From the sequence record NZ_CP049261.1: a DNA stretch of 64,000 nucleotides, one strand, 5' to 3'. The translations under genes were made by a program, and so were the position numbers. This DNA comes from a plasmid. Below are positions 32,686 to 43,318 of the stretch, piece after piece (positions within the stretch are counted from its first letter, which is position 1; each line of letters begins with the position of its first letter). The notes below the pieces were generated by a model, which ran no database searches, was not told where the DNA came from, and saw only the letters and a list, made by a program, of their open reading frames with translations.

Positions 32686-33171
32686 ATGAACAGGGATACG
32701 CTGGTTACGTTGCTGAAATATAAGCGTTGGGCCGATGCCGGAACGCTGGCGTCCGTCAAAGCCGTTGACGCCACGGCGCACCCGGAGAAGCGTCGCCTGA
32801 TGCAGCGGCTGATGAACCATATTTATGTGGTCGACCGCATTTTTCAGGCCAACCTGACGGGACAGGCGCACGGCTATACGGCGCTCAATACCCCGGAAAC
32901 GCCGGATGTTGAAACACTGGAAACGACAATGCGCGACTGTGTGGACGGGTATATCGCCCACGTGAGCGCGATGAGCGAGGCGGATTTCGATGAGACCATT
33001 CGCTTTCGGTTTACCGACGGTAGCCACGGCGAGATGAAAGCGCTTGATATGCTGAACCATATGCTTTTCCACGGCACCTATCACCGGGGCGCGGTCGGCT
33101 GGCTGGTTGCCGAATGCGGCGGCGTCGCGTTTAAGGATGTGCTGACGGTTTTCCTGCGCGATCATGCGTGA
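32686..33171 (+). CDS. DinB/YfiT-like metal-dependent hydrolase family protein
   Basis: 161 aa, four-helix bundle with His triad pattern (H..H..H). Confidence 0.65.
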   Translation: MNRDTLVTLLKYKRWADAGTLASVKAVDATAHPEKRRLMQRLMNHIYVVDRIFQANLTGQAHGYTALNTPETPDVETLETTMRDCVDGYIAHVSAMSEADFDETIRFRFTDGSHGEMKALDMLNHMLFHGTYHRGAVGWLVAECGGVAFKDVLTVFLRDHA

Positions 33172-33211
33172 TCCCAGGCCGCCCAACGGGGCGGCCACAG
33201 ACTTACCGATG

Positions 33212-34122
33212 TTATTCAGCGGCCGCGGTTTCCGCCTCTGTCGTCACGCGTTTACCGATATCTTTCAGCTGTGAATACTTTTCCAGCAGTTGCGGCGCAT
33301 CATCCAGACTCGTGACAAACATCCACATATACGTCATGACCGAATAGATATGCCCGGCGTTGATCGCGGCTGAGTGCGTCATCATCATCACCGTAAAGCT
33401 GAACAGCAGCGCGGCCAGCACGCCAATGGTGAAATATCCCATCGCTTCACGATCCGAAAGCGTGATGCGAAGCCTCGCCAGCAGCTGGTAATGCCGCTGC
33501 AGGGCGCGCGGCGCGGCGTGCGACACCATATCGATCTCTTTTTCAAGCCGGTTATTGAGCCTGCCGTAAAGCGCCTCATTGCGCCGGGTAAACCGCGTCA
33601 GAAAGCAGGCCAGCACGGCCAGGATGCCGAGACACGCCATCCCCGTCCAGAACTCAATCAGCAGCAGCATCACGGCGGCACCGGCCATGGACGCCACAGA
33701 GGTTATCAGCGTCGGCAGATGCAGCTCGAAGAAATCGACAAACTCTCTGGAGAGCGCGACCCGCGCCGCAATCGTCGAATGGTTAAGGCTTTTCTGCCGC
33801 TGCGCCAGCACCACCGAGACGGCGAGGCCCGCATAAATACGGGCGAACGTGCGCGTATCGACACTACGCCGCGTCGCGCCCAGCAGCCAGATAAACAGCA
33901 CCATCAGGCCGTAGAGCATCGCGTTCCAGACGTTGCCTGCCAGAATCGCGTTAATGCAGATCCCCGCCAGCACCGGGTAGAGCAGGTATGTGACGTTCTC
34001 GGCGATCACCAGAAAGAAGGTAAAAAGAGCTTTTTGCGGTGGCGTCGCGCCAGCGTTTTCAGCGTGCCGGCGGCGCTGGCAGTGGCAGGTGAGGTCGGGA
34101 TATTTACGCTGTGCGTCTTCAT
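33212..34122 (-). CDS. membrane protein, six-TM ABC-transporter-TMD-like; frameshift near 34010
   Basis: MKTHSVNIPTSPATASAAGTLKTLARRHRKKLF then shift to MIAENVTYLLYPVLAG... Confidence 0.5.
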
Positions 34123-34150
34123 GATTTCTGTTAATCTTCAGTTAGAGCAT

Positions 34151-34183
34151 TTGCTCAAGTGGGGTGGGATGCTATTTGAGCAA
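34151..34183. promoter_or_regulatory. putative TetR operator (TTGCTCAA-N17-TTGAGCAA) in divergent promoter
   Basis: Perfect 8-bp inverted repeat spanning the tetR start codon at 34169. Confidence 0.55.
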
Positions 34184-34780
34184 CTGCTCAAAGTCAATCA
34201 GAGAAAAGCAGAGCGGGCCTTTGTGAAAGAGAAAATCATTAATGCGGCGATCGCCTTGTTCATTGAACAGGGCATTGAAAACGTCAAAACGCGCGATCTG
34301 ACGGAGCATCTGGGCATTTCGCGCAGCCATATCTATCACTATTTCAAAAACTGGCAGGCGCTGTGCGTGGAGTCGATTTCCACGTTTCTTGAGAATGAAC
34401 TGAATGAATTTGTCTTGCGGACGGCATCGTTGCCCGCCCGCGAAAGGCTGAAAGCGTTTATCGAAGGGGTGATTTCCACCACGCCGGACCCGACCGCGAA
34501 GCTGTACGGCTCGCTGTGGCAGCTCGCGGCCCATAATGCTGAGTATGCGCAGTTAATGGAATCGATACTCGCGCGCTGGCATGACGCGCTGGTGGATATT
34601 CTCGCGGCGGGCGCGCAGGAAGGCGTGTTTCGCCCTGTCAATACCGCGCGTTTCGCAAGGCAGCTCGACGCCATGCTGTTCGGCTACAGCGATCATCTCT
34701 ACACGCTGCCTTCTGATGACGCGCTCCGCCAGGCACAGGACGATATCGACGATTTTATCGGACAGAATTTGCTGGTGTAG
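34169..34780 (+). CDS. TetR/AcrR family transcriptional regulator
   Basis: N-terminal HTH KTRDLTEHLGISRSHIYHYFKNW. Confidence 0.85.
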   Translation: MLFEQLLKVNQRKAERAFVKEKIINAAIALFIEQGIENVKTRDLTEHLGISRSHIYHYFKNWQALCVESISTFLENELNEFVLRTASLPARERLKAFIEGVISTTPDPTAKLYGSLWQLAAHNAEYAQLMESILARWHDALVDILAAGAQEGVFRPVNTARFARQLDAMLFGYSDHLYTLPSDDALRQAQDDIDDFIGQNLLV

Positions 34781-35078
34781 CGGTGCCGGTCGCTTTCCAT
34801 AAGCGGGCCTGAGGGTTGTGAAAATTCGGTAAACATGCACGTTCACACTCAGGCCTTTGTCACAAAACGGAAAACTGGCATTTTTTCATCCGGGCCTGTT
34901 CCCGTTCTGGGTGTGATTGTTAAATCTTTGTATATAAAAGCGCTATGGCTAACCGCTAAGCGATTGATGCATAAAACGCATCGGACGATGCGTTTATTAC
35001 GCTTATTACCTCGATATTTCTGTTCCAGTCTTCAGTAAGAGACGCAACCACAAGCGTTAATGACAACTGGAGACATCA

Positions 35079-36385
35079 ATGCATTCCGCTACCTCACCTG
35101 TAAACACCCGTTCCCGGATCGGCGCTATTTTGCGCGTCACGTCCGGCAACTTTCTGGAGCAGTTTGATTTTTTCCTGTTCGGCTTTTATGCCACCTACAT
35201 CGCGCACACGTTCTTCCCGGCGAGCAGTGAGTTCGCCTCGCTGATGATGACGTTTGCGGTGTTTGGCGCAGGCTTTCTGATGCGCCCCATCGGCGCGATA
35301 GTGCTGGGCGCGTACATCGATAAAGTGGGCCGCCGCAAAGGGCTGATTATGACGCTCTCTATCATGGCGGCGGGCACCTTTCTGATTGTGCTGATCCCGT
35401 CTTATGAGGCCATCGGGCTGTGGGCGCCGCTGTTCGTGCTGATTGGCCGCCTGTTACAGGGCTTTTCTGCCGGTGCGGAGCTCGGCGGCGTGTCGGTGTA
35501 TCTCGCCGAAATCGCGACGCCGGGGCGCAAAGGCTTTTACACCAGCTGGCAGTCAGGCAGCCAGCAGGTCGCCATTATGGTGGCGGCGGCAATGGGCTTT
35601 GCCCTCAACGCGGCGCTGGATCAGTCGGCCATCAGCAGCTGGGCTGGCGGCTCCCGTTCCTCTTTGGTTGCCTGATTGTGCCGTTTATTTTCGTGCTGCG
35701 GCGCAAGCTTGAAGAGACGCAGGAGTTCAGCGCGCGCCGTCACCATCTCGACATGAAACAGGTGTTCCGCATGCTGCTGACCCACTGGCCGGTGGTTGTC
35801 GCGGGCATGATGATGGTGGCAATGACCACCACGGCGTTTTATCTCATCACCGTGTATGCGCCCACCTTCGGCAAAAAAGTGCTGATGCTGAGCGCCTCGG
35901 ACAGCCTGCTGGTGACGCTGCTGGTGGCGATTTCCAACTTCTTCTGGCTGCCGGTGGGTGGCGCGCTTTCTGACCGTTTCGGGCGTAAACCAGTGCTGAT
36001 TGCCATGACGCTGCTGGCGCTGGCCACCGCGTATCCGGCGCTGATGATGCTGGCCGCGTCACCTGGCTTTTCCATGATGCTGGGCGTGTTGCTGTGGCTC
36101 TCTTTTCTGTATGGCCTGTACAACGGCGCGATGATCCCGGCGCTCACTGAAATCATGCCCGCCGAGGTGCGTGTCGCTGGTTTTTCGCTCGCCTACAGCC
36201 TCGCGACGGCGATTTTCGGCGGCTTTACGCCGGTGATTTCCACGGCGCTGATTGAGTACACCGGCGACAAAGCCTCACCCGGCTACTGGATGAGCTTTGC
36301 CGCGCTCTGCGCGCTGCTGGCGACGCTCTACCTTTACCGCCGCAGTACCATGACATTACAGACCGCAGGACGCCGCCATGCATAA
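35079..36385 (+). CDS. MFS transporter, metabolite:H+ symporter (MHS) family, frameshift near 35650
   Basis: [13 protein letters not shown]...[10 protein letters not shown]...[34 protein letters not shown] then second frame. Confidence 0.75.
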
Positions 36386-37184
36386 GAGAATGACGACATG
36401 GATAGCCGCGCTGACGCTCTTACCGTTAAGCAGTGTGGCGCTGGCACAGGAAATTACGGTGATGATTTCAGGCGGCTTTAAGGCGGCGCTGGAACAGCTC
36501 CGCCCAGGATATGAAACGCAGAGCGGCAACCAGATTGTGATCGTTCCCGGCCCGTCGATGGGCAAAACGCCGCAGGCGATCCCGAACCGGCTGGCGCGCG
36601 GCGAAAAGGCGGATGTGGTGATCATGGTGGGCGACGCCCTGACCAGCCTTGAAAAAGCGGGGCGTACCGCGCCGGGGTCGCGCACGGAGCTTGCGGATTC
36701 TCCCATCGGCATGGTGGTAAAGCAGGGCGCGCCGGTGCCCGTGATAAACACCCCGGACGCGCTGCGCCAGACGCTGCTGCAGGCCCGTTCGATTGCCTAT
36801 TCCGACAGCGCCAGCGGTCGCTATGTCAGTACGACGTTGTTTAAAAAACTGGGGATAGAGGCGCAGGTGGAGACCCGCGCGCGGATGGTGGAGCGCATTC
36901 CGGTGGCGTCAGAAGTGGCGAAAGGGAAGTATGCCGTGGGGTTTCAGCAGGTCAGCGAACTGCTGCCGGAGCCCGGCGTGACGTTTGTCGGCGAGTTGCC
37001 TGACAGCGTGCAGTACATCACCCGTTTTGCGGGCGCGGTAACGAACAACGCGGCGCATGCCGCCGAAGGCCGCGCGCTGCTGGCGTTTCTGGCGTCACCC
37101 GACGCGCAAAAGGTGGTACGCGCCACCGGCATGCGGTCGGTCGCGCAAAAAGCGCCGGTCAGGCTGGCGGATACTGTTCAGTGA
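36378..37184 (+). CDS. periplasmic substrate-binding protein (ModA-like type-2 fold), orphan
   Basis: Signal peptide [23 protein letters not shown]; 8-bp overlap with MFS gene; no ABC permease or ATPase nearby. Confidence 0.6.
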   Translation: MHKRMTTWIAALTLLPLSSVALAQEITVMISGGFKAALEQLRPGYETQSGNQIVIVPGPSMGKTPQAIPNRLARGEKADVVIMVGDALTSLEKAGRTAPGSRTELADSPIGMVVKQGAPVPVINTPDALRQTLLQARSIAYSDSASGRYVSTTLFKKLGIEAQVETRARMVERIPVASEVAKGKYAVGFQQVSELLPEPGVTFVGELPDSVQYITRFAGAVTNNAAHAAEGRALLAFLASPDAQKVVRATGMRSVAQKAPVRLADTVQ

Positions 37185-38058
37185 TGAGCTTTTCGAGTTC
37201 CGCTGCCACGTAAGACTGAATACGCCCGCTGCGGCGTATCAGCCCCACGCTGCGTGTGACGACCGGATCGACAAGCCGCAGCGGCACCAGAACGGAGTGC
37301 CCCGCCACAGGCATTGACATTGCTGGTACCGCGGCGATGCCAATGCCGGCTTCCACCATGCCAAGCACCGTTGTGACATGGCGGGTTTCACAAATACTTG
37401 GACGCGCGGGCGTAATGTGCCCCAGCGCCTGATCGAGCAGGGTACGGTTCCCGGAGACTTTATCCAGACTGATATAATCCTGCTCAAAATACGCCTTCCA
37501 GGTGAGCTGCGTTTTTTTCGCGAGCGGATGATCGCGCCGACAGGCTGCCACGTAGACATCCTCCACCAGCGGCACAAACTCAATGTGCGGCGGCAGGTTT
37601 CTGCCAAAACAGATGCCGAAATCGGCCTGACCGCTGCTGACGGCGTCGATAACATTGCCGACGCTGCTGTCGATGAGTTTGATGCGCACGCGCGGGTAGC
37701 GTGCCTGAAACTGACGGATAATGTCCGGCATAAAGTAATACGCGCCCGACGGCACCGTCGCGACGGTGACAAGCCCCGTGCGTTCCTGGCTCGCCTGCTG
37801 AATATCCGCCAGCACCGCTTCGACATTCGCCAGCAGCTGTTCTGAGCGCTCGGCAAAACTCTGCCCGTAGAGCGTCAACGCCACGCGCCGGGTGGTGCGG
37901 TCAAAGAGCCGCGCGCCGAGCGCTGTCTCCAGCTTTTCAATGCGGCGGCTGAGCGCCGATTGCGACAGGCAGATGGACTCCGCCGCGAGCCGGAAACTGC
38001 CGTACTCCATTAATGCGCGAAACGCATAGATATCGTTCAGGTCAAAGTTTACAGGCAT
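37159..38058 (-). CDS. LysR family transcriptional regulator
   Basis: N-terminal HTH FRALMEYGSFRLAAESICLSQSALSRRIEKLE. Confidence 0.9.
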   Translation of the reverse strand: MPVNFDLNDIYAFRALMEYGSFRLAAESICLSQSALSRRIEKLETALGARLFDRTTRRVALTLYGQSFAERSEQLLANVEAVLADIQQASQERTGLVTVATVPSGAYYFMPDIIRQFQARYPRVRIKLIDSSVGNVIDAVSSGQADFGICFGRNLPPHIEFVPLVEDVYVAACRRDHPLAKKTQLTWKAYFEQDYISLDKVSGNRTLLDQALGHITPARPSICETRHVTTVLGMVEAGIGIAAVPAMSMPVAGHSVLVPLRLVDPVVTRSVGLIRRSGRIQSYVAAELEKLITEQYPPA

Positions 38059-38193
38059 GGCAGCGGCATCCTTTCAGCGTCTCACAGCGACATTATAAAG
38101 CGGCGTTTATCATTCACGCTTTTTATCATAGATGACGTGCGGGCGTTTCTGAAAGCCGATACCGTGAGGTGAGCCGCCTCCGCAGGCCATCGC

Positions 38194-38514
38194 TTACAGA
38201 TGCTGTGCCTCGACGCCCTGGAGAATTTCTTTGATCTCAAAGAAATCATTCCAGAACGGCGTATCGCGCAGCGCTTCGGTAAAGCCCTGCCAGACGGCAT
38301 GGTTTGCGGCCTCCCAGATCCAGATATCGGAAATCCGCGCAGAGTAAAATTCGGTATCGAAATAGCGCAGCCTGAGCGCGCCCTCATATTGCGTGAGTAA
38401 AGGCGCAAGGTGCGTGGCGATATTACGCTGGCGTTCGTCGGCGCTGGCATCAAGCCAGCTACGGTTGGCTTTCACCAGCATAAACAGCGTGACGGTCTCT
38501 GGTGCGGTATTCAT
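38194..38514 (-). CDS. darcynin-like small protein (DUF3303), tentative
   Basis: MNTAPETVTLFMLVKANRSWLD..., about 106 aa, next to a LysR gene. Confidence 0.45.
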   Translation of the reverse strand: MNTAPETVTLFMLVKANRSWLDASADERQRNIATHLAPLLTQYEGALRLRYFDTEFYSARISDIWIWEAANHAVWQGFTEALRDTPFWNDFFEIKEILQGVEAQHL

Positions 38515-38609
38515 AACGCTCTCCCTGAAAACTATTAATGCTTGTAGATGTTGTGTTAAGACGACGCCGTTATGATATCGGGACACGTTATATTCAGGGA
38601 CTCGCGTTT

Positions 38610-39200
38610 ATGTATGCCATTCAGCCGCCGCTGACACCGCGTAAAGCGCCGCGCCAGGCGCGTTCACGCGCGCTGGTGGAGGCGATTATCGAGGCGACGG
38701 CTCGCATTTTCGAGCGCGAGGGCGCGGCGGCCTGCACGACGAATGCCGTCGCGGAAATCGCAGGCGTCAGCATCGGCTCGCTGTATCAGTATTTCCCGAA
38801 CCGTCACGCCTTAACGGCGGCGCTGGTGGCGCGCGAACATGAATCGCTGCTTTCGGCCATGCAGCACGCAGCGGCGCGTCCCGATCCGGCGGATCGTCTT
38901 TCAGGCATGGTTGACGCAGCTGTGGATTATGAGTTTGCACGGCCCGCGCTTGCACGCACGCTGGATTTGCAGGAGGCAGCGCCGGAATTTCAGGCGCATC
39001 AGCAGGCGATGCTGGCCACGCTTCATCGCTGTGTTGCAACGGCGCTTGAAGAGAGTGAGACCACGGCATGGGATGTCATCGCGCTGGTGCAGGGCATGAT
39101 CGCGATGGCCATCGCGCGAGGCGAGAGCTCGCCGGCTGCGCTGAAGCGCCGCATTCACCGCGCCGCCTTTGGTTATCTCGGCTGGGCTGCGCCTGATTAA
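38610..39200 (+). CDS. TetR family transcriptional regulator
   Basis: HTH TTNAVAEIAGVSIGSLYQYFPNRHAL. Confidence 0.85.
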   Translation: MYAIQPPLTPRKAPRQARSRALVEAIIEATARIFEREGAAACTTNAVAEIAGVSIGSLYQYFPNRHALTAALVAREHESLLSAMQHAAARPDPADRLSGMVDAAVDYEFARPALARTLDLQEAAPEFQAHQQAMLATLHRCVATALEESETTAWDVIALVQGMIAMAIARGESSPAALKRRIHRAAFGYLGWAAPD

Positions 39201-39221
39201 GCATTTAATAAAGGAGAAAAC

Positions 39222-39533
39222 ATGATAGTCAGAACCTGGCATGGCTGCGTGCCGCTGGAACACGCCGACGGCTTTGCCGCGCATTTACAGAAAACCGGCG
39301 TGGAGCATTCGCAGCGCACTGCCGGTAACCGTGGCGCGTTTGTCCGTCAGGAAATACAGGGCGATCGGGCGCATTTTTTCCTGGCAACCTACTGGGAAGA
39401 TCTGAACGCCGTGAAGGCGTTTGCAGGTGAGGATTATCAGGTGGCGGTGACCTACCCTGACGATGAACAGTTTGAGCTGCTCTCCGATCCGTGGGTGTTT
39501 CAGCATGAAGTTGAGACCATTGCGGCGCTGTAA
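39222..39533 (+). CDS. small ABM/Dabb-like protein (hypothetical)
   Basis: 103 aa, follows TetR gene after a 21-bp gap. Confidence 0.4.
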   Translation: MIVRTWHGCVPLEHADGFAAHLQKTGVEHSQRTAGNRGAFVRQEIQGDRAHFFLATYWEDLNAVKAFAGEDYQVAVTYPDDEQFELLSDPWVFQHEVETIAAL

Positions 39534-39567
39534 TCCATTCTTTTCGCCGCGTTGTACTGATAAGCGG

Positions 39568-40308
39568 TCAGCGGCCATTCACCGGTGAGACCGCCATAAA
39601 ATGGCTGGCGAGTGTGCCCTTCTCAAGCCGGTGCACCATCAGCGCGGGCGGATCGAAGACCGCAGGCACGTGCGAGCCACCCAGCCATAACGGGTTCGCC
39701 GGGCAGACCGAACCGCAGATGTACGCCGGAATACCGGCCAGCATTCCCGCCGCCGGGCGGTGAACGTGCCCTGTGGCAATCGCGAGCGGTTTTGCCGGGT
39801 GATGGCGCAACAGCGCGCCGAGCGCCTGCGCGTCGCGGCACGCCGCCGCATCCATCGAGGGAATGCCGCTCATAAATACATGATGATGCAGAAAAAGCAG
39901 CGTCTGTCGTCCGCCTGCCTGATCCAGTTGATGCGCCAGCCAGTCGAGATGCGCGGCCACGCTGCCCGCCGCACTTCCATCCACGGTAGAATCCAGTCCA
40001 ATCACGCGAAGCGCAGGCGTATCCACAACCGCATGCAGCGGCCCTTCCTGCGCCAGCGAAGGCCAGACCGCGCGCATGGCGGCGCAGTCATCAGAATTTC
40101 CCGGCAGGATAAGCGTCCGGCAGGGCAATGTTTCCAGCCGCGCCGCAATGGCGCTATAACCGTCGCGCCAGTGGTCGTCGGTGAGATCACCGCTTATCAC
40201 CAGCACATCGGGTTCGAGCGGCGTAAGCCACGCCAGGGCGTTGTCAAAACGCGCCAGATTATCGTTATCCGGTGCGGCGTGAATATCTGAAAGCTGCGCG
40301 ATTATCAA
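39568..40308 (-). CDS. metallophosphoesterase (CpdA/GpdQ-like)
   Basis: DIH, GDLTD, GNSD, HHH motifs in calcineurin-like order. Confidence 0.8.
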   Translation of the reverse strand: MIIAQLSDIHAAPDNDNLARFDNALAWLTPLEPDVLVISGDLTDDHWRDGYSAIAARLETLPCRTLILPGNSDDCAAMRAVWPSLAQEGPLHAVVDTPALRVIGLDSTVDGSAAGSVAAHLDWLAHQLDQAGGRQTLLFLHHHVFMSGIPSMDAAACRDAQALGALLRHHPAKPLAIATGHVHRPAAGMLAGIPAYICGSVCPANPLWLGGSHVPAVFDPPALMVHRLEKGTLASHFMAVSPVNGR

Positions 40309-40441
40309 GAATTGCTCTTCTGTCTTATCGGTTTGGCCGTGAAATGATGATAGAAGAAGGAGGGGAAAGGTGTCACAAAGAAAAAAGCCAGCCGAAGTGA
40401 GAGACGGGCTGGCTTTTAAAAGAAGGAATACAACGTCAGGA

Positions 40442-40720
40442 TCAGATGTCGTCTACGGTATGGTCGACAACGATTTCCAGCGTTTTGCGCACGACGTCAG
40501 CCATCACCACGTCATCCGTGGTTTCCAGCACGCCAATGAGCTGCAGAATAATCGCTTTATGCGTCAGGTGACCGTCGGTCGCAAGAATGTTGCTCACAAC
40601 CGCGCCCAGCAGTGCGGCTTCCTGCGCCAGCATATCGCCGGCGTTACGAAAGTATTCAGACAGTGCCGTGTCGGGCAGATCCGCCTGTAAATCAATGGGG
40701 TTAAGCATCACCTGGCTCAT
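40442..40720 (-). CDS. ariR: biofilm/acid-resistance regulator AriR (YmgB family)
   Basis: MSQVMLNPIDLQADLPDTALSEYFRNAGDMLAQEAALLGAVVSNILATDGH...ADVVRKTLEIVVDHTVDDI aligns with E. coli AriR. Confidence 0.85.
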   Translation of the reverse strand: MSQVMLNPIDLQADLPDTALSEYFRNAGDMLAQEAALLGAVVSNILATDGHLTHKAIILQLIGVLETTDDVVMADVVRKTLEIVVDHTVDDI

Positions 40721-40757
40721 GTACTGGCACCGTTTTAATTGAAAGTTGCTGATGTAG

Positions 40758-41057
40758 TCAGTGTTTTTTACTGCTGTCCGGCGACGCACTCTCGCCAAAC
40801 AGCGAATGGACGTTATCGCCGCTCCATTCTTTACGCTCACGCGTGCCGTTACGCCGTCCGGAAACCGCCGTCGCGCTGATTTCGGTGATGACACGGGCAA
40901 TGGCCTCACGTCGACCGGGATCAGACTCGCTGGTTTCCATCGAGCGCAAACGCGCAATCAGTACCCGCATATTGATCGGGCCTTTTTCTCTCAGCAGAGA
41001 CAGTACTGCCTCTCCGATGATTTCATCTGTCAGTTGATCTTTTTCACTTCTGTTCAT
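40758..41057 (-). CDS. ymgA: YmgA family protein
   Basis: MNRSEKDQLTDEIIGEAVLSLLREKGPINMRVLIARL...; same operon order as E. coli ycgZ-ymgA-ariR. Confidence 0.75.
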   Translation of the reverse strand: MNRSEKDQLTDEIIGEAVLSLLREKGPINMRVLIARLRSMETSESDPGRREAIARVITEISATAVSGRRNGTRERKEWSGDNVHSLFGESASPDSSKKH

Positions 41058-41226
41058 AAATGCGTCTCTGAATGCCGCATGTCCCGCGCCACACGCGCGG
41101 GATACAACTTCTTTCCGGTGGCGTCCTGCCACTGAAAATTGTCAGGCTGTGCTAAGGCCTGCCATATCCCTCCGCCACAATTGTCTTAATCATCAGGAAA
41201 CGGTTCGGTGAAAGAACGCCCTGGTG

Positions 41227-41466
41227 TTAGCGATCAAAAAGCAGACCGATCAGCGTTTGATAGTGACTTTCTTCTTCAACGCTGGACGCCATTTCAAGAC
41301 GACTAAGCAATTTGGTGCAAATACTTTTTTTATTCAGGAGACGACCATCGCGCAGGATCTCTACGACGATTTGCCCTAATGTTTCTTGCTGAGTCGGCAG
41401 AGCCGCTTTATCAAAGTATCGGGCAATGGCATTAGCTGTATCCGGAATGTAACCGTTCTGACGCAT
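41227..41466 (-). CDS. ycgZ: YcgZ family protein
   Basis: MRQNGYIPDTANAIARYFDKAALPTQQETLGQIVVEILRDGRLLNKKSICTKLL closely matches E. coli YcgZ. Confidence 0.85.
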   Translation of the reverse strand: MRQNGYIPDTANAIARYFDKAALPTQQETLGQIVVEILRDGRLLNKKSICTKLLSRLEMASSVEEESHYQTLIGLLFDR

Positions 41467-41863
41467 ATGTCACTCCTGTTAAAATTTCGTAACTACGCAA
41501 GGAATAGTTAGCAGTATACTAATTACGTGAATCTTGTACACCGTTATTGTATAAGTTAGCGATCTTTTTTTGCGCAAATAATAACTAGTTCATTAATTTC
41601 ATGTGGTTACAGTAAAATTTATTTTTAGCTTTTGGTCTGAAATTGTACTTATTATGCATCCTGGCGTGCAAAATATGCCGTTTTGCCTTGTACAAGGCGG
41701 GATGGACGTAACCATTTTGTAAAAACCTGTACAGAAACCCACCTGAGCCTCAGTCGCTAAAATCCTTACCTGACTCATTATTTGTCTCTTTATAGACATC
41801 ACTGCAAGACGCCCGGCAGGTCATCTGTTAAGGTGGCTGCTTATTCACCTATTCACAGGATGC

Positions 41864-43084
41864 ATGATGCTCACAACCATAATTTATCGCAGCCATATCT
41901 GCGACGACGTTCCGGTCACCGTGCTGGAAGAGATGGTGGATGCAGCGAATAACAAAAATGGCCAGGCCGACGTGACCGGCATTCTGCTCTTTAACGGCCG
42001 CCACTTTTTCCAGCTGCTGGAAGGCCCGGAAGAAGGGGTTAAAGCTATCTATCGCGCCATTTGCGCGGATACGCGTCATTACAATCTGGTGGAGCTGCTG
42101 TGCGACTACGCGCCGTCGCGTCGCTTCGGTAAATCGGGTATGGAACTCTTTGATTTACGGGATTATGAGCGTGACGAAGTGCTCCAGCATGTGCTGGATA
42201 AAGGCACCTCGAAATACCAGCTGGTGTACGGCGACCGCGCGCTGCAGTTCTTCCAGACGTTTGTCGAAGCCACTGAAAAAGAAAACTATTTTGAGATCCC
42301 GCCGGGTGACAGCTGGGATTTCATCATCGAAGACGACGGCGTTCAGGCGCCCGCGTCTGTCAGCGCGCGTACCGATTGTACCTTCGCGTTTCAGCCGATT
42401 ATCGACCCGCTCTCCCGCGAAGTGGTCTCGCTGGAGGCGCTGCTGCGTACCCCTGACGGCGCGCCGCCGCAGACGTTTTTTGAAGGTCTGGAAGGCGAAG
42501 CGCTGTATGAGGCCGATCTGAAGAGCAAGAAAACGGCGTTTGAAATCGCCGGCGCGCTGAATATTGGCCAGCAGACGCTGTGCGTAAACCTGCAGCCGAT
42601 GACCCTGGTGAAAATCCCTGGCGCGGTGGAGTTTCTGGTACAGGAGATCCACGCCAACGGGCTGGTGCCGGATCAGGTGATTGTTGAGTTTACCGAAAGC
42701 GAAGTGATTTCCCGTCTCGATGAGTTTACCGGTGCGATTCGCCAGCTAAAAGCGGCGGGGCTGCGCGTGGCGATTGACCACTTTGGTGCCGGTTTCGCCG
42801 GGCTGTTGCTGCTGGCGCAGTTCCAGCCAGACCGCATCAAAATCAACCGCGAGCTTATTCGCGATGTGCATAAGAGCGGCCCGCGACAGGCCATTGTGCA
42901 GGCGCTGATCAAATGCTGCGCGTCGCTGGAAATCGCGATTTCTGCCGTGGGCGTGGAGAAAGCCGAAGAGTGGATGTGGCTCGAATCCGCAGGCATTACG
43001 CTCTTCCAGGGGCATCTTTTCGCAAAACCAGCGCTCGGTGGCATTCCTGCCGTCGCCTGGCCTGAAAAAAAGTTCGGCTTGTAA
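41864..43084 (+). CDS. bluF: BLUF-EAL blue-light sensor BluF (YcgF)
   Basis: N-terminal BLUF (IYRSHICDDV...VTGILLFNGRHFFQLLEG) plus C-terminal EAL-like domain. Confidence 0.85.
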   Translation: MMLTTIIYRSHICDDVPVTVLEEMVDAANNKNGQADVTGILLFNGRHFFQLLEGPEEGVKAIYRAICADTRHYNLVELLCDYAPSRRFGKSGMELFDLRDYERDEVLQHVLDKGTSKYQLVYGDRALQFFQTFVEATEKENYFEIPPGDSWDFIIEDDGVQAPASVSARTDCTFAFQPIIDPLSREVVSLEALLRTPDGAPPQTFFEGLEGEALYEADLKSKKTAFEIAGALNIGQQTLCVNLQPMTLVKIPGAVEFLVQEIHANGLVPDQVIVEFTESEVISRLDEFTGAIRQLKAAGLRVAIDHFGAGFAGLLLLAQFQPDRIKINRELIRDVHKSGPRQAIVQALIKCCASLEIAISAVGVEKAEEWMWLESAGITLFQGHLFAKPALGGIPAVAWPEKKFGL

Positions 43085-43318
43085 CGGTTTGACCTTCTCT
43101 CTGGCGCATGTCAAAGCCGCATGCGCCATCTCTCTGTGATTTAATGCATTTTATGTACACTTTTTTGTTGCCCGCAGCACGTTGAATTCATACCCTTATC
43201 AACCAGACGGCTCTTAAATTAACTTCACGGTTGTACAATTATTAAAAATTGTACAAGCTAAGGGGAGTTAACTTTTTGAGAGATTCCTGTGTCGGTTTTG
43301 ATCGTGAGTGAAGATCCT

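Noticed and set aside
33374-34780. 468-aa ORF read-through
   Set aside because: Only the last 204 codons (from ATG 34169) form the TetR-family gene; the upstream part is antisense to the membrane protein gene.
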